Positions 52,684 through 62,430 of a DNA stretch of 64,000 nucleotides are shown here, one piece after another (position 1 is the first letter of the stretch; the number at the start of each line of letters is the position of its first letter). The notes under the pieces are model-generated. The model was not told where the DNA came from. It saw only the letters and a list, made by a program, of their open reading frames with translations, and ran no database searches. The DNA comes from Armatimonadota bacterium (GTDB taxonomy: Bacteria; Armatimonadota; Fimbriimonadia; Fimbriimonadales; Fimbriimonadaceae): the NCBI GenBank assembly GCA_023392285.1, contig JAEVZK010000091.1, positions 5,208 through 69,207 of the forward strand. Direction: 5' to 3'. The position numbers were made by a program, and so were the translations under genes.

Positions 52684-53310
52684 ATGAGAATTTTAGGAGT
52701 TTTGGACGGCAACGACGTGGAGGATTTCGATCTCCGAAAATGGGTTGAATCGGCCGAATTCGTCATTGCTGCGGATGGTGCTGCAAACCGGTTGAGCTTG
52801 ATCGGATCGACGCCTGACCTCATTGTTGGCGACCTAGATTCGGTTTGGCCAGATGTACCCGGGCAGCGGTTTCATGTGGTCGACCAAGACCACACCGATT
52901 GCGAAAAGCTTCTTGAACAGGTCGCTCGCCAGGGTGCCGATTCGCTGACCCTAATCGGTGTAGAAGGTGATCGCCTTGATCATGTTTTGGCGACCCTTTC
53001 CGCTTGTGCAGCCTCCAATCTTAACGTGAGGCTTGTGCTACGTCGGCAAATCGGCCATCTTGTGAGGGGCGCGTTGACGATCGGGTGTCGTCCCGATTCG
53101 CTTGTGTCCCTCATGCCGATCACGCCTTGTTCGGGTGTGACGTTCTCCGGTGTGGCGTGGCCGCTTGCGGGGGCGGATCTCGAGCCGGGCAAACTTGTCA
53201 GTGTGTCGAACCGCGCGGTCGAGGAGAAGATCGGCGTCACGATTGCGAGCGGAGTTGCGCTGCTGCTAACCGAGCGCACGCCGGATCAGGAGTCGGATTG
53301 GCACGCGTAA
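52684..53310 (+). CDS. thiN: Thiamine pyrophosphokinase
   Basis: 208 aa. VIAADGAANRL, IVGDLDSV, DQDHTDCEKLL and GVEGDRLDHVLA match TPK catalytic-domain motifs. Confidence 0.75.
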   Translation: MRILGVLDGNDVEDFDLRKWVESAEFVIAADGAANRLSLIGSTPDLIVGDLDSVWPDVPGQRFHVVDQDHTDCEKLLEQVARQGADSLTLIGVEGDRLDHVLATLSACAASNLNVRLVLRRQIGHLVRGALTIGCRPDSLVSLMPITPCSGVTFSGVAWPLAGADLEPGKLVSVSNRAVEEKIGVTIASGVALLLTERTPDQESDWHA

Positions 53311-54785
53311 CTTTTCAACCCGCGGACTGGTTCGTATTCTTCCTTTTTGGCTCGGGAATACTTGCGCTCGGTTTTTCGGCGAAACTGCGCGATTCGTCCA
53401 TCTTCCAGTTTCTAACCGCAGGCAGATCGCTCTCGCTTCCTGCATTTGTTGCCACTCTGGTCACCGTCTGGTACGGAGGAATTCTTGGAATCGGCGAAAG
53501 CGTCACCTATTACGGGATCGGAACTTGGCTTCTGTTTGGCGTTCCTTACTACGTTTTCGCCCTCCTCTACGCCTTCGTGATCGCCCGAAAAGTTCGCCAG
53601 TCCGATCAGATTACGATTCCGGAAAGGATCGCGGCGACGTGGGGTCAGACGGCTGGGCTGACGGCAGCGGTCCTCATCTTCTTCTTGGCCGTGCCCGCGG
53701 CGCATGTCTTAATGATCGGCACCCTCTTACAAGCGGTTACCGCGATTCCGCTCCTGCCCTGTGTTCTCATTGCAACGCTTATAGGGGGAGCCTTTCTGTA
53801 TAAGGGTGGGCTGCTGGCGGACGTTCGGGTCGGATTTCTGGCCTTCATTCTGATGTATGTTGGTTTCGCTTCCATGCTCGTGTTCTGTCTCTCCCATTTC
53901 GACATCGCTGCGGTTGGGAGAGACCTCGACGGGAAGCAGCTCCTCAACTGGTCGGGAGGCAAGGGGATGTTAGTGGTCGTGACTTACTTCATTCTCGGCG
54001 CTTGGACCCTCGTCGACCCTGGCTTTCACCAACGAGTGACGAGCGGCAAAACGCCGCAAACCTCTCGCAATGGAGTGCTGATCGCGGTTGGCTTTTGGCT
54101 GCTTTTCGACGTCCTGAGCATCGCGACCGCCCTCTTCGCGGTGTCGCAGTCTCACCCGCTTCCAGAAGATGGAAAGCTGCTCTACCCCATGTTTGCAGAT
54201 CAGGTGCTTCCGCCGGGGCTGAAGGCGATCTTCTTCTGCGGAATGATCGGAACGATCCTGTCCGCGCTGGTTGGCTACACGCTTGTGGGCGGAACGACGG
54301 TGGGTCGCGAAATTGTGGGACGCCTGAAGGGAGACATTCAGTCGGTCGAGGTGACGCGTTGGTCGCGGCTCGCGATTCTCCTGAGCTGCCTTCTTTCTGC
54401 TTTTTTGGCGATCAATATCCACAGCGTCGTAAGTCTCTGGTACAGCTGGGGAGGGTGCATCATCGGCGCGCTGCTTACCCCTGTGATGCTCGCCTATCTC
54501 GGGAAAACGAGAATTCCGCCCGGAGTGATCAGCGCCTCGATGGCCATCTCGTTTCTGGTTAGTCTCGCCTGGCTCGTTTACGGACTCCAAACTAAAAACG
54601 AGTTCCTGAACGTCGCTGTAGTAACAGGAGAGGGAGGTTTGTCCGTCAGATCGGAGCCCGAAGCAGGGGAGCCAGTGAAAGGGAGAACCGATATTCCTCT
54701 TGGCACAATGATGCCGGCTTTGGTAGTATCGAGTGCAGTCGTAGGAATCGGAGTCCTCTTTAGAAGGAGAAAAACACATGGTTGA
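53298..54785 (+). CDS. Sodium:solute symporter (SSS) family transporter
   Basis: ORF 53085..54785, but its first ~70 codons overlap the TPK gene. The hydrophobic core starts at WFVFFLFGSGILALGF, and TTG 53298 is a plausible start (uncertain). AGRSLSLPAFVATLVTVWYGGILGIGE is SSS-like. Confidence 0.75.
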   Translation: MARVTFQPADWFVFFLFGSGILALGFSAKLRDSSIFQFLTAGRSLSLPAFVATLVTVWYGGILGIGESVTYYGIGTWLLFGVPYYVFALLYAFVIARKVRQSDQITIPERIAATWGQTAGLTAAVLIFFLAVPAAHVLMIGTLLQAVTAIPLLPCVLIATLIGGAFLYKGGLLADVRVGFLAFILMYVGFASMLVFCLSHFDIAAVGRDLDGKQLLNWSGGKGMLVVVTYFILGAWTLVDPGFHQRVTSGKTPQTSRNGVLIAVGFWLLFDVLSIATALFAVSQSHPLPEDGKLLYPMFADQVLPPGLKAIFFCGMIGTILSALVGYTLVGGTTVGREIVGRLKGDIQSVEVTRWSRLAILLSCLLSAFLAINIHSVVSLWYSWGGCIIGALLTPVMLAYLGKTRIPPGVISASMAISFLVSLAWLVYGLQTKNEFLNVAVVTGEGGLSVRSEPEAGEPVKGRTDIPLGTMMPALVVSSAVVGIGVLFRRRKTHG

Positions 54786-55242
54786 CGAGTCAATGGTTGA
54801 GCAAGAACACTCGGCAGAAGAGCCGCAGGAGTCGAACTCCGATCATCCCCACGCAGGAGTAGCGGAAGAAGGGTGGTCGGCCCCCGATGCGGCGAGTTGT
54901 CACCTTGCCAAGCTGATTGTCAAGCGTAGCGGCGCGGAGACAGAACTTGAATTCCACGTCAATCCGCCCTGCATTATTGGGCGCTTCGATGCGGCGGTAG
55001 GGCCGATCGACATCGATCTGGGCTCCATGCCAGAAGGCAACTATGTCTCGCGCAAGCATGCGAAGATCGAATGCGACGATGGGACTTGGAAAATCACCGA
55101 TCTCGGCTCCTCTAACGGGACTTTTCTGCTTCGGGATGATTTCGAAAAGGTCGATACCGCTGAACTAAAGGATGGTGACGAAATCGCCTTGGGAAATGCC
55201 AGGTTCGTGTTTCACACCGTGGACTCACCCGCTCCCACCTAA
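54778..55242 (+). CDS. FHA-domain protein
   Basis: 154 aa. CIIGRFD...VSRKHAKIECDDGTWKITDLGSSNGTFL...L.DGDEIALGN is the canonical FHA pattern. Confidence 0.85.
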   Translation: MVDESMVEQEHSAEEPQESNSDHPHAGVAEEGWSAPDAASCHLAKLIVKRSGAETELEFHVNPPCIIGRFDAAVGPIDIDLGSMPEGNYVSRKHAKIECDDGTWKITDLGSSNGTFLLRDDFEKVDTAELKDGDEIALGNARFVFHTVDSPAPT

Positions 55243-55261
55243 GCTCTGGTAACGTGATCAG

Positions 55262-56299
55262 ATGAGCGAGCCTTTATCTTATCGTGATGCCGGAGTGGAC
55301 ATCGATGAGGCTCAGCGGGCGCTGAGAGCCATCCAGAAGAGCGTTCAAATGACCCATTCTCCCGAAGTGGTGGGGGGCGTCGGTGGATTTGGGGGCCTCT
55401 TTCAAGCCAACTTCGAAGACATCGCCAAGCCTTTGTTGGTGAGCAGCATCGACGGGATCGGCACGAAGACGAAGGTTGCGGCCATGGTGGGCGAATTCGG
55501 CGGACTTGGAAAGGACATTGTCCACCACTGCGTAAACGACATTCTTTGTCAGGGCGCGAAGCCTTTGTTCTTCCTCGATTATTACGGCTGTAGCAAGTTC
55601 GCTGGCCTCCAGTTCGAGGAAATTCTGCACGGCATGTCGGAAGCATGCCGCGATCTCAACATCAGCCTCATTGGCGGAGAAACCGCTGAGATGCCAGGCG
55701 TCTATCACGATGACGAAATCGACATCGTCGGCAGCATCATCGGTGTGGTGGATGCGGAGCGAAAACTGCCACGCGGCAAGATGAAGCCGGGAGACATCAT
55801 TGTGGGACTTGAAAGCGATGGCCTGCATACCAACGGTTTCTCTCTCGCCCGAAGAGCGCTTTTCGAACAGTCGGGAATGTCCGTTCGTGATCCCTTGCCC
55901 GAGACTGACCAGACCATTGGCGCAGCTTTGGTAGCTCCTCACCGATGCTACTTCAAGGCCGTCTATCCCCTGATGCAAAGTGAGTCGGGGATCTTTGCCG
56001 CGGCACATATCACCGGCGGAGGCCTTTACGACAATCCTCCGCGGGTCATGCCTTCCGACGTTCGCGCGGTGTTTGAGAAACGATCTTGGACGGTTCCTCC
56101 GATCTTCAAGCTCATTCAGGCGGCGGGCCGCATCCCTGAACAGGAAATGTATCGAGCCTTCAACATGGGAATCGGATTCATCTTATTCGTGGATCGCTTT
56201 GCAGTTGAGCGGGTGGTGAGCGCTTTAAATGAAGCCGGAGAGCGAGCTCACGTCATTGGCGAGCTATCGAGCGGCAGTCAGGATATCCAAATCATTTAG
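55262..56299 (+). CDS. purM: Phosphoribosylformylglycinamidine cyclo-ligase (AIR synthetase)
   Basis: 345 aa. SYRDAGVDIDEA, VSSIDGIGTKTKVA, DIVHHCVNDILCQGAKPLFFLDY and HITGGGL. Confidence 0.95.
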   Translation: MSEPLSYRDAGVDIDEAQRALRAIQKSVQMTHSPEVVGGVGGFGGLFQANFEDIAKPLLVSSIDGIGTKTKVAAMVGEFGGLGKDIVHHCVNDILCQGAKPLFFLDYYGCSKFAGLQFEEILHGMSEACRDLNISLIGGETAEMPGVYHDDEIDIVGSIIGVVDAERKLPRGKMKPGDIIVGLESDGLHTNGFSLARRALFEQSGMSVRDPLPETDQTIGAALVAPHRCYFKAVYPLMQSESGIFAAAHITGGGLYDNPPRVMPSDVRAVFEKRSWTVPPIFKLIQAAGRIPEQEMYRAFNMGIGFILFVDRFAVERVVSALNEAGERAHVIGELSSGSQDIQII

Positions 56300-56333
56300 C
56301 ATTCCTCGCGGGTAAAATCTGCACTCCGACTGT

Positions 56334-56409
56334 GGGTCGGTAGCTCAGTCGGTAGAGCATCGGCCTTTTAAGCCGTTGGTCCCGGGTTCGAGTCCCGGCC
56401 GACCCACCA
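56334..56409 (+). tRNA. tRNA-Lys (anticodon UUU), CCA encoded
   Basis: Hand-folded cloverleaf. Acceptor stem GGGTCGG/CCGACCC, D-arm GCTC-AGTCGGTA-GAGC, anticodon loop CTTTTAA, T-arm CCGGG-TTCGAGT-CCCGG, discriminator A plus CCA. Closely resembles E. coli tRNA-Lys. Confidence 0.9.
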
Positions 56410-56596
56410 TTTTCCAAGAAACTGTGGAATAAGGCTTTTAGCAGCCTTTGAACCTCGTCTGCCTTCTTGCCGACTGGGGTTGCTTTAAGCATCAAACATG
56501 CTTCAACGGAGCTCTATGCCTCCGCTCGTCTTTGCTGCGCACTTTCGCCAGCTTTCTCAAAAGCGAGTAATTCTGCTGGGTCGATTCGCAGGAAAA

Positions 56597-57079
56597 ATGC
56601 GGAAGGAAGGCTTCGTGAGTTCTCGATCCCAAAAACAAAAGCGACGAAGGGGACACGTCTTCATCGAAATTCTCTTCGCGATTTTCCTACTCGGGCTAGC
56701 AGCTACGATCTTGGCTGCGACGATGCCTGTGGCAAACCGGGCTCGAGCCACCGCCGATCTGAATAACAAAGCGGTTAGCATGGCTCAGAAGCAGTTGGAG
56801 GCGATTCGCGGCCTAGGGTATGCGAATGCGACTCCCGAACAGCTCTTCTCGAATGGCCTAATCGACACCACCACCCCGAGCGCGACCAACACCTATCCGT
56901 TCACCAATTCGGACAGCACGTCTCTGGATAACCCTTCACGCATTCTGCCAAGCGGCACCGGAACGGTCAAGGTCGAGCAAGTTGACCTCGACTTGCGACG
57001 GGTGACGATTACCGTGAAGTACGTGATGCGGGGCAGCAATCGCACTTTTACTATTGGAACTCTCATCGCAAACCTATGA
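56597..57079 (+). CDS. Prepilin-type N-terminal cleavage/methylation-domain protein (minor pilin/pseudopilin)
   Basis: ATG 56597. Class III signal RRRG|HVFIEILFAIFLLGLAATILA with Glu at +5. Confidence 0.7.
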   Translation: MRKEGFVSSRSQKQKRRRGHVFIEILFAIFLLGLAATILAATMPVANRARATADLNNKAVSMAQKQLEAIRGLGYANATPEQLFSNGLIDTTTPSATNTYPFTNSDSTSLDNPSRILPSGTGTVKVEQVDLDLRRVTITVKYVMRGSNRTFTIGTLIANL

Positions 57080-57642
57080 AAAGAAGAATCAACCGTGGAG
57101 CGACTCTGGTCGAGGTCACCTTTGCCGCAGCGCTATCAACCGTCGTGCTCTTTGGTGCAATCAGCTCCTTCCTCAGCGGAATGACTTCCTGGGCACGCGG
57201 GCAAGGCCGTATCGATGCTGAAAACGGCAGTCAGCGAGCCACCCGGCAGATTGCACGAGAGCTCCGCCAAGCAATGTCGGTCGTGGTGGATGCGGACGGC
57301 AATGGACTGACTTATCGCATGCCTGCGATGGACACGGGCGGCAGCTTCAAGATGCCGGTGATTTGGGACAACGTCACTCGCAGGATCTACGTTAGCAACA
57401 ACTCCATTTATGTGTCCGGCGGCGGCACCGCACGCCGGCTGTGTACCGGAGTGATCGGTACCGATCCTCAGAGTCCCGGCGGAACCGGTTCCTACAAATT
57501 ATTTACAGCAGGATCTGGAAGCATCACTCGATCTCTGTCGGTCATGGTGGTCAGCCGCCAGATCGCAGACAAAAACAATACTGCCGTCAGCCGCAGCCGA
57601 GAGACGATCTTCCTGCGCAACATTCCGCAGTTGGTGAAATAA
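57076..57642 (+). CDS. Prepilin-type N-terminal domain protein (minor pilin/pseudopilin)
   Basis: RINRG|ATLVEVTFAAALSTVVLFGAI with Glu at +5. The start overlaps the upstream stop (ATGA). Confidence 0.7.
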   Translation: MKRRINRGATLVEVTFAAALSTVVLFGAISSFLSGMTSWARGQGRIDAENGSQRATRQIARELRQAMSVVVDADGNGLTYRMPAMDTGGSFKMPVIWDNVTRRIYVSNNSIYVSGGGTARRLCTGVIGTDPQSPGGTGSYKLFTAGSGSITRSLSVMVVSRQIADKNNTAVSRSRETIFLRNIPQLVK

Positions 57643-57643
57643 C

Positions 57644-59497
57644 ATGGCACAACGAACCAGAACATCGAAACGACGAGGAAGCGCAATGATTACGACCTTT
57701 ATGGTCGCGGCGTTGCTATCGGTCGGCGGCGTCGCCTTCATCAATAGCGCCACCCAAGCTACGAGGGACAGCAAGCGCATGTCCTTTGAGGTGAAGACGA
57801 CTCACCTTTGCGAAGCGGGAACGCAGACGGTGCTTCGCTCGCTTTGGAGACCTTTCAAGATCACCCAAAAGTTTGACGACCTGGATGACCGTACCAACGG
57901 CGCTTCCGAGTCGAATCCACAGGTCAGCATGAGCGGCTCAATCGATGGTGTCGGGAAGTTTGCGGCTGGCGTCATCTCCTCCTATCAACCCGGAAGCGAC
58001 AGCTACTCACGATACGTGAAAGTTCGATGCGTCGGCTGGGTCGACTATAACAACAACGATGTTGTAGATTCGGGAGAACCGCAGAAGATCGTCGACGTGG
58101 TCGCCGTCTACCAACTTGCTCGCAGCCAGGTGTTCGACTACACCTACTTCGTCAACAACTACGGTTGGATGAACGGCTTCGGCGCAAACGATCTGATCGT
58201 CAATGGCGACATGCGCGCCAACGGAAACTTTGATTTCACCGGCGGGTCTCCGACCGTAAATGGCTCGGTCATCGCTTCGCTGAACGACAAGCTCAGCCCA
58301 CCAGCGGCCGGAATCGTCAACACGATGCCGATCAAGTGGAGCAACTCAACTTACGCAAGTAAGAATGGCACCAATGGCCGGATTCGCCAAGCCTATGACT
58401 CTGGCAAGATGGGATCGAAAGGAAGCGATGGTTACGAGAATTGGCGCGACTTCATCTTCGAGAGCAGCGGCAGTATTGTCAATAACCGTTTAGATGGCGC
58501 CATTGCGGCAGATTCGAGTGGAAGTTCCTCTTGGACTCGCACCGGTTCGGGCGACGCGACTTCAAACATCCTCGATTCGACGCCAACAGAAGAGATCATC
58601 ATGCCCGACCTGAGCAATCTCTCCTACTATCAGAATCTCAGCAGCACATACCGCGATCCCAAGGCGACGTACGAAGACGGGACCGCGAATCCGAATTACG
58701 GGGAAAAAGCTTGGATCAAAGTATGGGATCCGACCAAGAAAGGTGGCAAGGGAGACTATGTCGATATCACGACGAACGGCAACGTGTCCGGTTCGGCGTC
58801 GATGATTGGTACCGCCGATCACCCAATCCTTCTGCACGGTCCGGTCACTTTCTCTCAGGATGCGGTCATCAAAGGCTATGTCTCGGGTCAAGGGACGCTT
58901 TATACCGGCCGGAATGTGCATGTCGTCGGCTCAATTCGATACTCGAATCCTCCGGATTTCAGAGGTTCTGATCAGACGGCGATCGACAACGCAAATGAGA
59001 AGAAGGACCTCATCGCCCTTGCTGCGCGCGGTTCCGTTATTCTCGGCGACACTTCCACCTTTAATGACAGCTATCCGCTCAAGTACATGACGCCACCCTT
59101 TACCAAAGGTCGCTATGACGAGAATGGCAATTGGATTCCTCCGTTCGACGCCAAAACCGTGGATTCGAGCGGCAAGATGAAGTACCAGTCAACCCTTGGC
59201 GACAGCTATATCCATTCGATCAGCGAGAGCGTGAACCAAATCGATGCGATCCTCTACACCAACTTCGTCGGAGGTGGAGACATCGGGACCGGAGGCGGCG
59301 GCGTCCAGTTCAACGGATCGATCATCAGTAAGGATGAAGCGATGGTTGTCTTCTCGCTGCCCATGTACATGAATTACGATTCGCGCATTCGTGAGCGCGC
59401 CCTGTCGAAAACACCTTTGATCGATCTCCAACTCCCTCGAAGCCCAGTCATGCTTCGAAGCTCCTGGCAAGATCGCGGATTTACTCTGAGAAACTAA
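57644..59497 (+). CDS. Large pilus-associated protein (PilX/PilY-like position) with an N-terminal hydrophobic helix
   Basis: 617 aa. RRGSAMITTFMVAALLSVGGVAFINSAT. Starts 1 nt after the upstream stop. No Glu at +5. The function is inferred from context only. Confidence 0.45.
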   Translation: MAQRTRTSKRRGSAMITTFMVAALLSVGGVAFINSATQATRDSKRMSFEVKTTHLCEAGTQTVLRSLWRPFKITQKFDDLDDRTNGASESNPQVSMSGSIDGVGKFAAGVISSYQPGSDSYSRYVKVRCVGWVDYNNNDVVDSGEPQKIVDVVAVYQLARSQVFDYTYFVNNYGWMNGFGANDLIVNGDMRANGNFDFTGGSPTVNGSVIASLNDKLSPPAAGIVNTMPIKWSNSTYASKNGTNGRIRQAYDSGKMGSKGSDGYENWRDFIFESSGSIVNNRLDGAIAADSSGSSSWTRTGSGDATSNILDSTPTEEIIMPDLSNLSYYQNLSSTYRDPKATYEDGTANPNYGEKAWIKVWDPTKKGGKGDYVDITTNGNVSGSASMIGTADHPILLHGPVTFSQDAVIKGYVSGQGTLYTGRNVHVVGSIRYSNPPDFRGSDQTAIDNANEKKDLIALAARGSVILGDTSTFNDSYPLKYMTPPFTKGRYDENGNWIPPFDAKTVDSSGKMKYQSTLGDSYIHSISESVNQIDAILYTNFVGGGDIGTGGGGVQFNGSIISKDEAMVVFSLPMYMNYDSRIRERALSKTPLIDLQLPRSPVMLRSSWQDRGFTLRN

Positions 59498-59498
59498 C

Positions 59499-59984
59499 AT
59501 GAACGCAAAAGCATCATTGATTCTAATGCTCGTTTTGGCGAGCACCCTATCCTTCGGCTCAATCAAAGATCCACGGAAGAATGTGAAGCTCCGTCCCGAA
59601 CTTTCACAATCCGAAGTTTCCAAGCAGCAGGCGGACCAGAAGCGTCAAGGCGAGCGAGGAATCGTGGAGCAGAGAACGGATGAAGTCGATCCGCAATCGA
59701 CTCAGACGTCTCCAGAGGCTAAGAGTGTGCTCTCAAGCGTCAAACCCAATTCAGGGGATGACGACAACTCGCCGTCGTCGAAAAATGTCCTGCAAGGGGC
59801 AAACCAAGATCTGGAAGCGAGTGCGGCGGCTCCGGCGAAAACTGCGATGGGGCTGTTCTGGTGGCTGTTAGCCGCGGTGCTGCTTGTCGCAGGCTTCATT
59901 TACGGTTTGAACAAGCTCGCGCCGATGTCGCAACGGGAACAGAAGGCACCGGCCGCTCCTGGCCCTAAATCCGTTAAGTTCTAA
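59499..59984 (+). CDS. Hypothetical protein with a signal peptide and a C-terminal TM anchor
   Basis: 161 aa. N-terminus SLILMLVLASTLSFG, C-terminal TM LFWWLLAAVLLVAGFIYGL. Starts 1 nt after the upstream stop. Confidence 0.45.
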   Translation: MNAKASLILMLVLASTLSFGSIKDPRKNVKLRPELSQSEVSKQQADQKRQGERGIVEQRTDEVDPQSTQTSPEAKSVLSSVKPNSGDDDNSPSSKNVLQGANQDLEASAAAPAKTAMGLFWWLLAAVLLVAGFIYGLNKLAPMSQREQKAPAAPGPKSVKF

Positions 59985-60089
59985 ACTCGAGCGGCGCGTC
60001 CTTCGCCCGCGGGACCCAACCCGCGGGTGCTTATGGCGCGTTTCGGCGTCATAATAGAAGAGGAAGCGGCTCGCCGCATCCGGAGATTT

Positions 60090-60344
60090 ATGGGAAGAAG
60101 AAGAGCACCTTACAAGCCACAGGACGACAAAGAGAAAGGCATCGAAGTAGAGGGTCAGGTTCTCGAGAACCTGCCGAACGCACGCTTTCGCGTCAAACTG
60201 GATGAAGGTGAACTCGAGATTTTGGCCCATGTGAGCGGGAAGATGCGCATGAACTATATTAGAATTCTTCCCGGCGACCGAGTGCGTGTCGAGCTTTCTC
60301 CTTATGATCTAACTCTTGGTCGCATTGTTTACCGATATAAGTAA
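60090..60344 (+). CDS. infA: Translation initiation factor IF-1
   Basis: ATG 60090. [67 protein letters not shown] is near-canonical IF-1, with a short basic N-terminal extension. Confidence 0.9.
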   Translation: MGRRRAPYKPQDDKEKGIEVEGQVLENLPNARFRVKLDEGELEILAHVSGKMRMNYIRILPGDRVRVELSPYDLTLGRIVYRYK

Positions 60345-60442
60345 GCGGCGGCCTCTTGTTCTTCGATTTATTTCATTCGGTGACGGGTTAATCAGTAAAC
60401 CATTCCACCAGCCATAAGGGGAGACTGCCGGGTTCTTGTTAT

Positions 60443-61183
60443 CTATGGTCCCTCAGGGGGCAGCACCGTAAGGACCTTCGCGATGAAGTCGTGGAATTCC
60501 GCCATGTAGTTCCTCAGGAACTCCTCAGTCGAGGCGTTGGTTACGGTTCCATCCTCGGTGATTAGGTCGGGAGTGAAGGTGATGTAGGCCTCAGGCGAGT
60601 TCATCTGCGGAGCGTTGAGGAAGCTGAGCACGCTGCGCAGGCTCTGTTGGGCTACGGCGGTGCCGATGGAACCGGGGGAGGTACCGATCACGGCTGAAGG
60701 CTTGCGAGCGAACGAGTTCTTGCCCCACGGCCGGCTGCCCCAGTCGATCGCATTCTTGAGGCCACCGGGGATGGAGCGATTGTATTCCGGCGTCACGAAG
60801 AGAATCGCGTGAGACCTGGCGATCGCGGACTTCAGAGCTTGCGCCTCGGGCGGATAGTCACCGTCGTAGTCGCTGCTGTAGAGCGAAAGATTCCTGATGG
60901 GAATCTCTTCAAACTCCAGCTCTTCCGGTGCGAGACGTACAAGTGCATTGGCGAGGCGGCGGTTGATGGAAGTCGAGGCAAGGCTGCCAACGAAGTAACC
61001 CACTTTGTATTTCATAGAATGATGGTGCTCCGGTGTCACATTAGCATAAATGTTTGGATTGTCCGCGATCGCTTCTGTGTAGATGGAAATCGGGTCGCTC
61101 GCAGGAAAGCTTTCGCTCAAGGCTTCGTCAAGCCTCTCATCCACCCGTTGCTGGCGGGTTTCGTTTGCTTTGGATTTAGGCAT
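60443..61183 (-). CDS. NADPH-dependent FMN reductase-family protein with a ~55-aa N-terminal extension
   Basis: 246 aa. VGYFVGSLASTSINRRLA, AILFVTPEYNRSIPGGLKNAIDWGS. The N-terminal extension contains the motif LDEALSESFPASDP. Confidence 0.8.
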   Translation of the reverse strand: MPKSKANETRQQRVDERLDEALSESFPASDPISIYTEAIADNPNIYANVTPEHHHSMKYKVGYFVGSLASTSINRRLANALVRLAPEELEFEEIPIRNLSLYSSDYDGDYPPEAQALKSAIARSHAILFVTPEYNRSIPGGLKNAIDWGSRPWGKNSFARKPSAVIGTSPGSIGTAVAQQSLRSVLSFLNAPQMNSPEAYITFTPDLITEDGTVTNASTEEFLRNYMAEFHDFIAKVLTVLPPEGP

Positions 61184-61486
61184 GAGTGTTCATCACCTCT
61201 TCGATGGCCAAAGCGCCTGCTCTAGGCGGTAGAGAATGGCACGAGAGCCCATGGCATGGCATCCAAAGCGGGGTCCGCTCTCGACGAACGAACGGTAACC
61301 GCTCCAAGAGGGAGACTGATGTCAGGGAAGGCATGGGGTCGAGCGTATCTGCACGTGTTTTGGCGTAGTCGCTATACTGTACATGATCCTTTCACTCGCC
61401 AGATGAGGGAAGATTCTGCGAATCCAAGGACCGCTATAAGTTGCGATAAGGAGACGCGAAACAACAACGCAGGAGTCGATCGAGCC

Positions 61487-61972
61487 ATGGAGAACCGAGC
61501 CATTCATCCAAGCACGCGAATCGGGCACGTCCACCTTCGCGTGGCGAACTTAGATCGTGCACTTGCCTTCTATCATGGGATTTTGGGGTTTGGCCTGACG
61601 CAGCGCTATGGAGAAAGTGCAGTCTTCCTGTCTGCTGGGAGTTACCACCATCACATCGGCTTGAATACCTGGGAGAGCTTGGGCGGCTCTCCGCCCGCGC
61701 CTGGCACGACAGGGCTCTTCCACCTTGCGATCCTGTACCCAACGCGAGCCGAGCTTGCAGACGCCCTGCGGCGCCTGACTGAGGCCGGATGGCCACTCGA
61801 TGGCGCATCGGATCACGGAGTGAGCGAAGCGCTTTATCTACGCGATCCCGATTCAAACGGTGTGGAACTCTATTGGGACAGGCCTGAATCGGAATGGCCC
61901 CGAGACGCCGAGGGAAATTTGGCGATGTTTACGCGTCCTCTCGACCTGCGCGGATTGCTGGCTGAATTTTAG
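61487..61972 (+). CDS. VOC/glyoxalase-family protein (extradiol-dioxygenase-like fold)
   Basis: ATG 61487 (MENRAIHPSTRIGHVHLRVANLDRALAFYHGILGF...). Second half GLFHLAILYPTRAELADAL...GVSEALYLRDPDSNGVELYWD. Confidence 0.8.
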   Translation: MENRAIHPSTRIGHVHLRVANLDRALAFYHGILGFGLTQRYGESAVFLSAGSYHHHIGLNTWESLGGSPPAPGTTGLFHLAILYPTRAELADALRRLTEAGWPLDGASDHGVSEALYLRDPDSNGVELYWDRPESEWPRDAEGNLAMFTRPLDLRGLLAEF

Positions 61973-62046
61973 AGGCGAGCCCCTCCCATTTGACCCAGTT
62001 GATTGGCGAAGGAGCGACGGATTTCCATTTCATACTGTAGCAAGGT

Positions 62047-62379
62047 ATGGTGATGGAAAACATGTACGTGTTCACGGATAACGCCTTCCTCAGCATCGTC
62101 GCGCATGAGTTCGACGAGCGACTTCTGGAGGTTCGCGGGCAGTATCCTGGGGACATCGAGCGTACATTCCCCGAAGCGGAGGTCGCCTTCAATGCGGACG
62201 ATGAATTCCCCTACTGCACCGCGATCCAACGAGACCGGGTAGCAGAGCGGATCGCTCTCCGGGTGCAGCATGTCGGCTACCATTCCTTCAATCCGCTTTC
62301 CGAAGAGCCTTGGAGGCAGGACGTGTATTCGAAGGTGGTGGAGGCAGTGAAGTCCGAAAGCGGGCCGATTCCAAACTAA
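62047..62379 (+). CDS. Hypothetical 110-aa protein
   Basis: ORF with ordinary composition and no recognisable motif. The antisense ORFs in the track look like shadows. Confidence 0.35.
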   Translation: MVMENMYVFTDNAFLSIVAHEFDERLLEVRGQYPGDIERTFPEAEVAFNADDEFPYCTAIQRDRVAERIALRVQHVGYHSFNPLSEEPWRQDVYSKVVEAVKSESGPIPN

Positions 62380-62430
62380 TTTTTCCGATCTGCCGGTTTT
62401 CTGAAGAACTGTGATATGGTTTAGTTAGCC

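Noticed and set aside
53085-53297. N-terminal ~70 codons of the symporter ORF
   Set aside because: They overlap the 3' part of the thiamine pyrophosphokinase gene in another frame and have Cys/Arg/Gly-rich non-membrane composition. The real start is probably near 53298.
56292-56495. 67-aa minus-strand ORF
   Set aside because: It overlaps the tRNA-Lys gene (56334-56409). It is an artefact.
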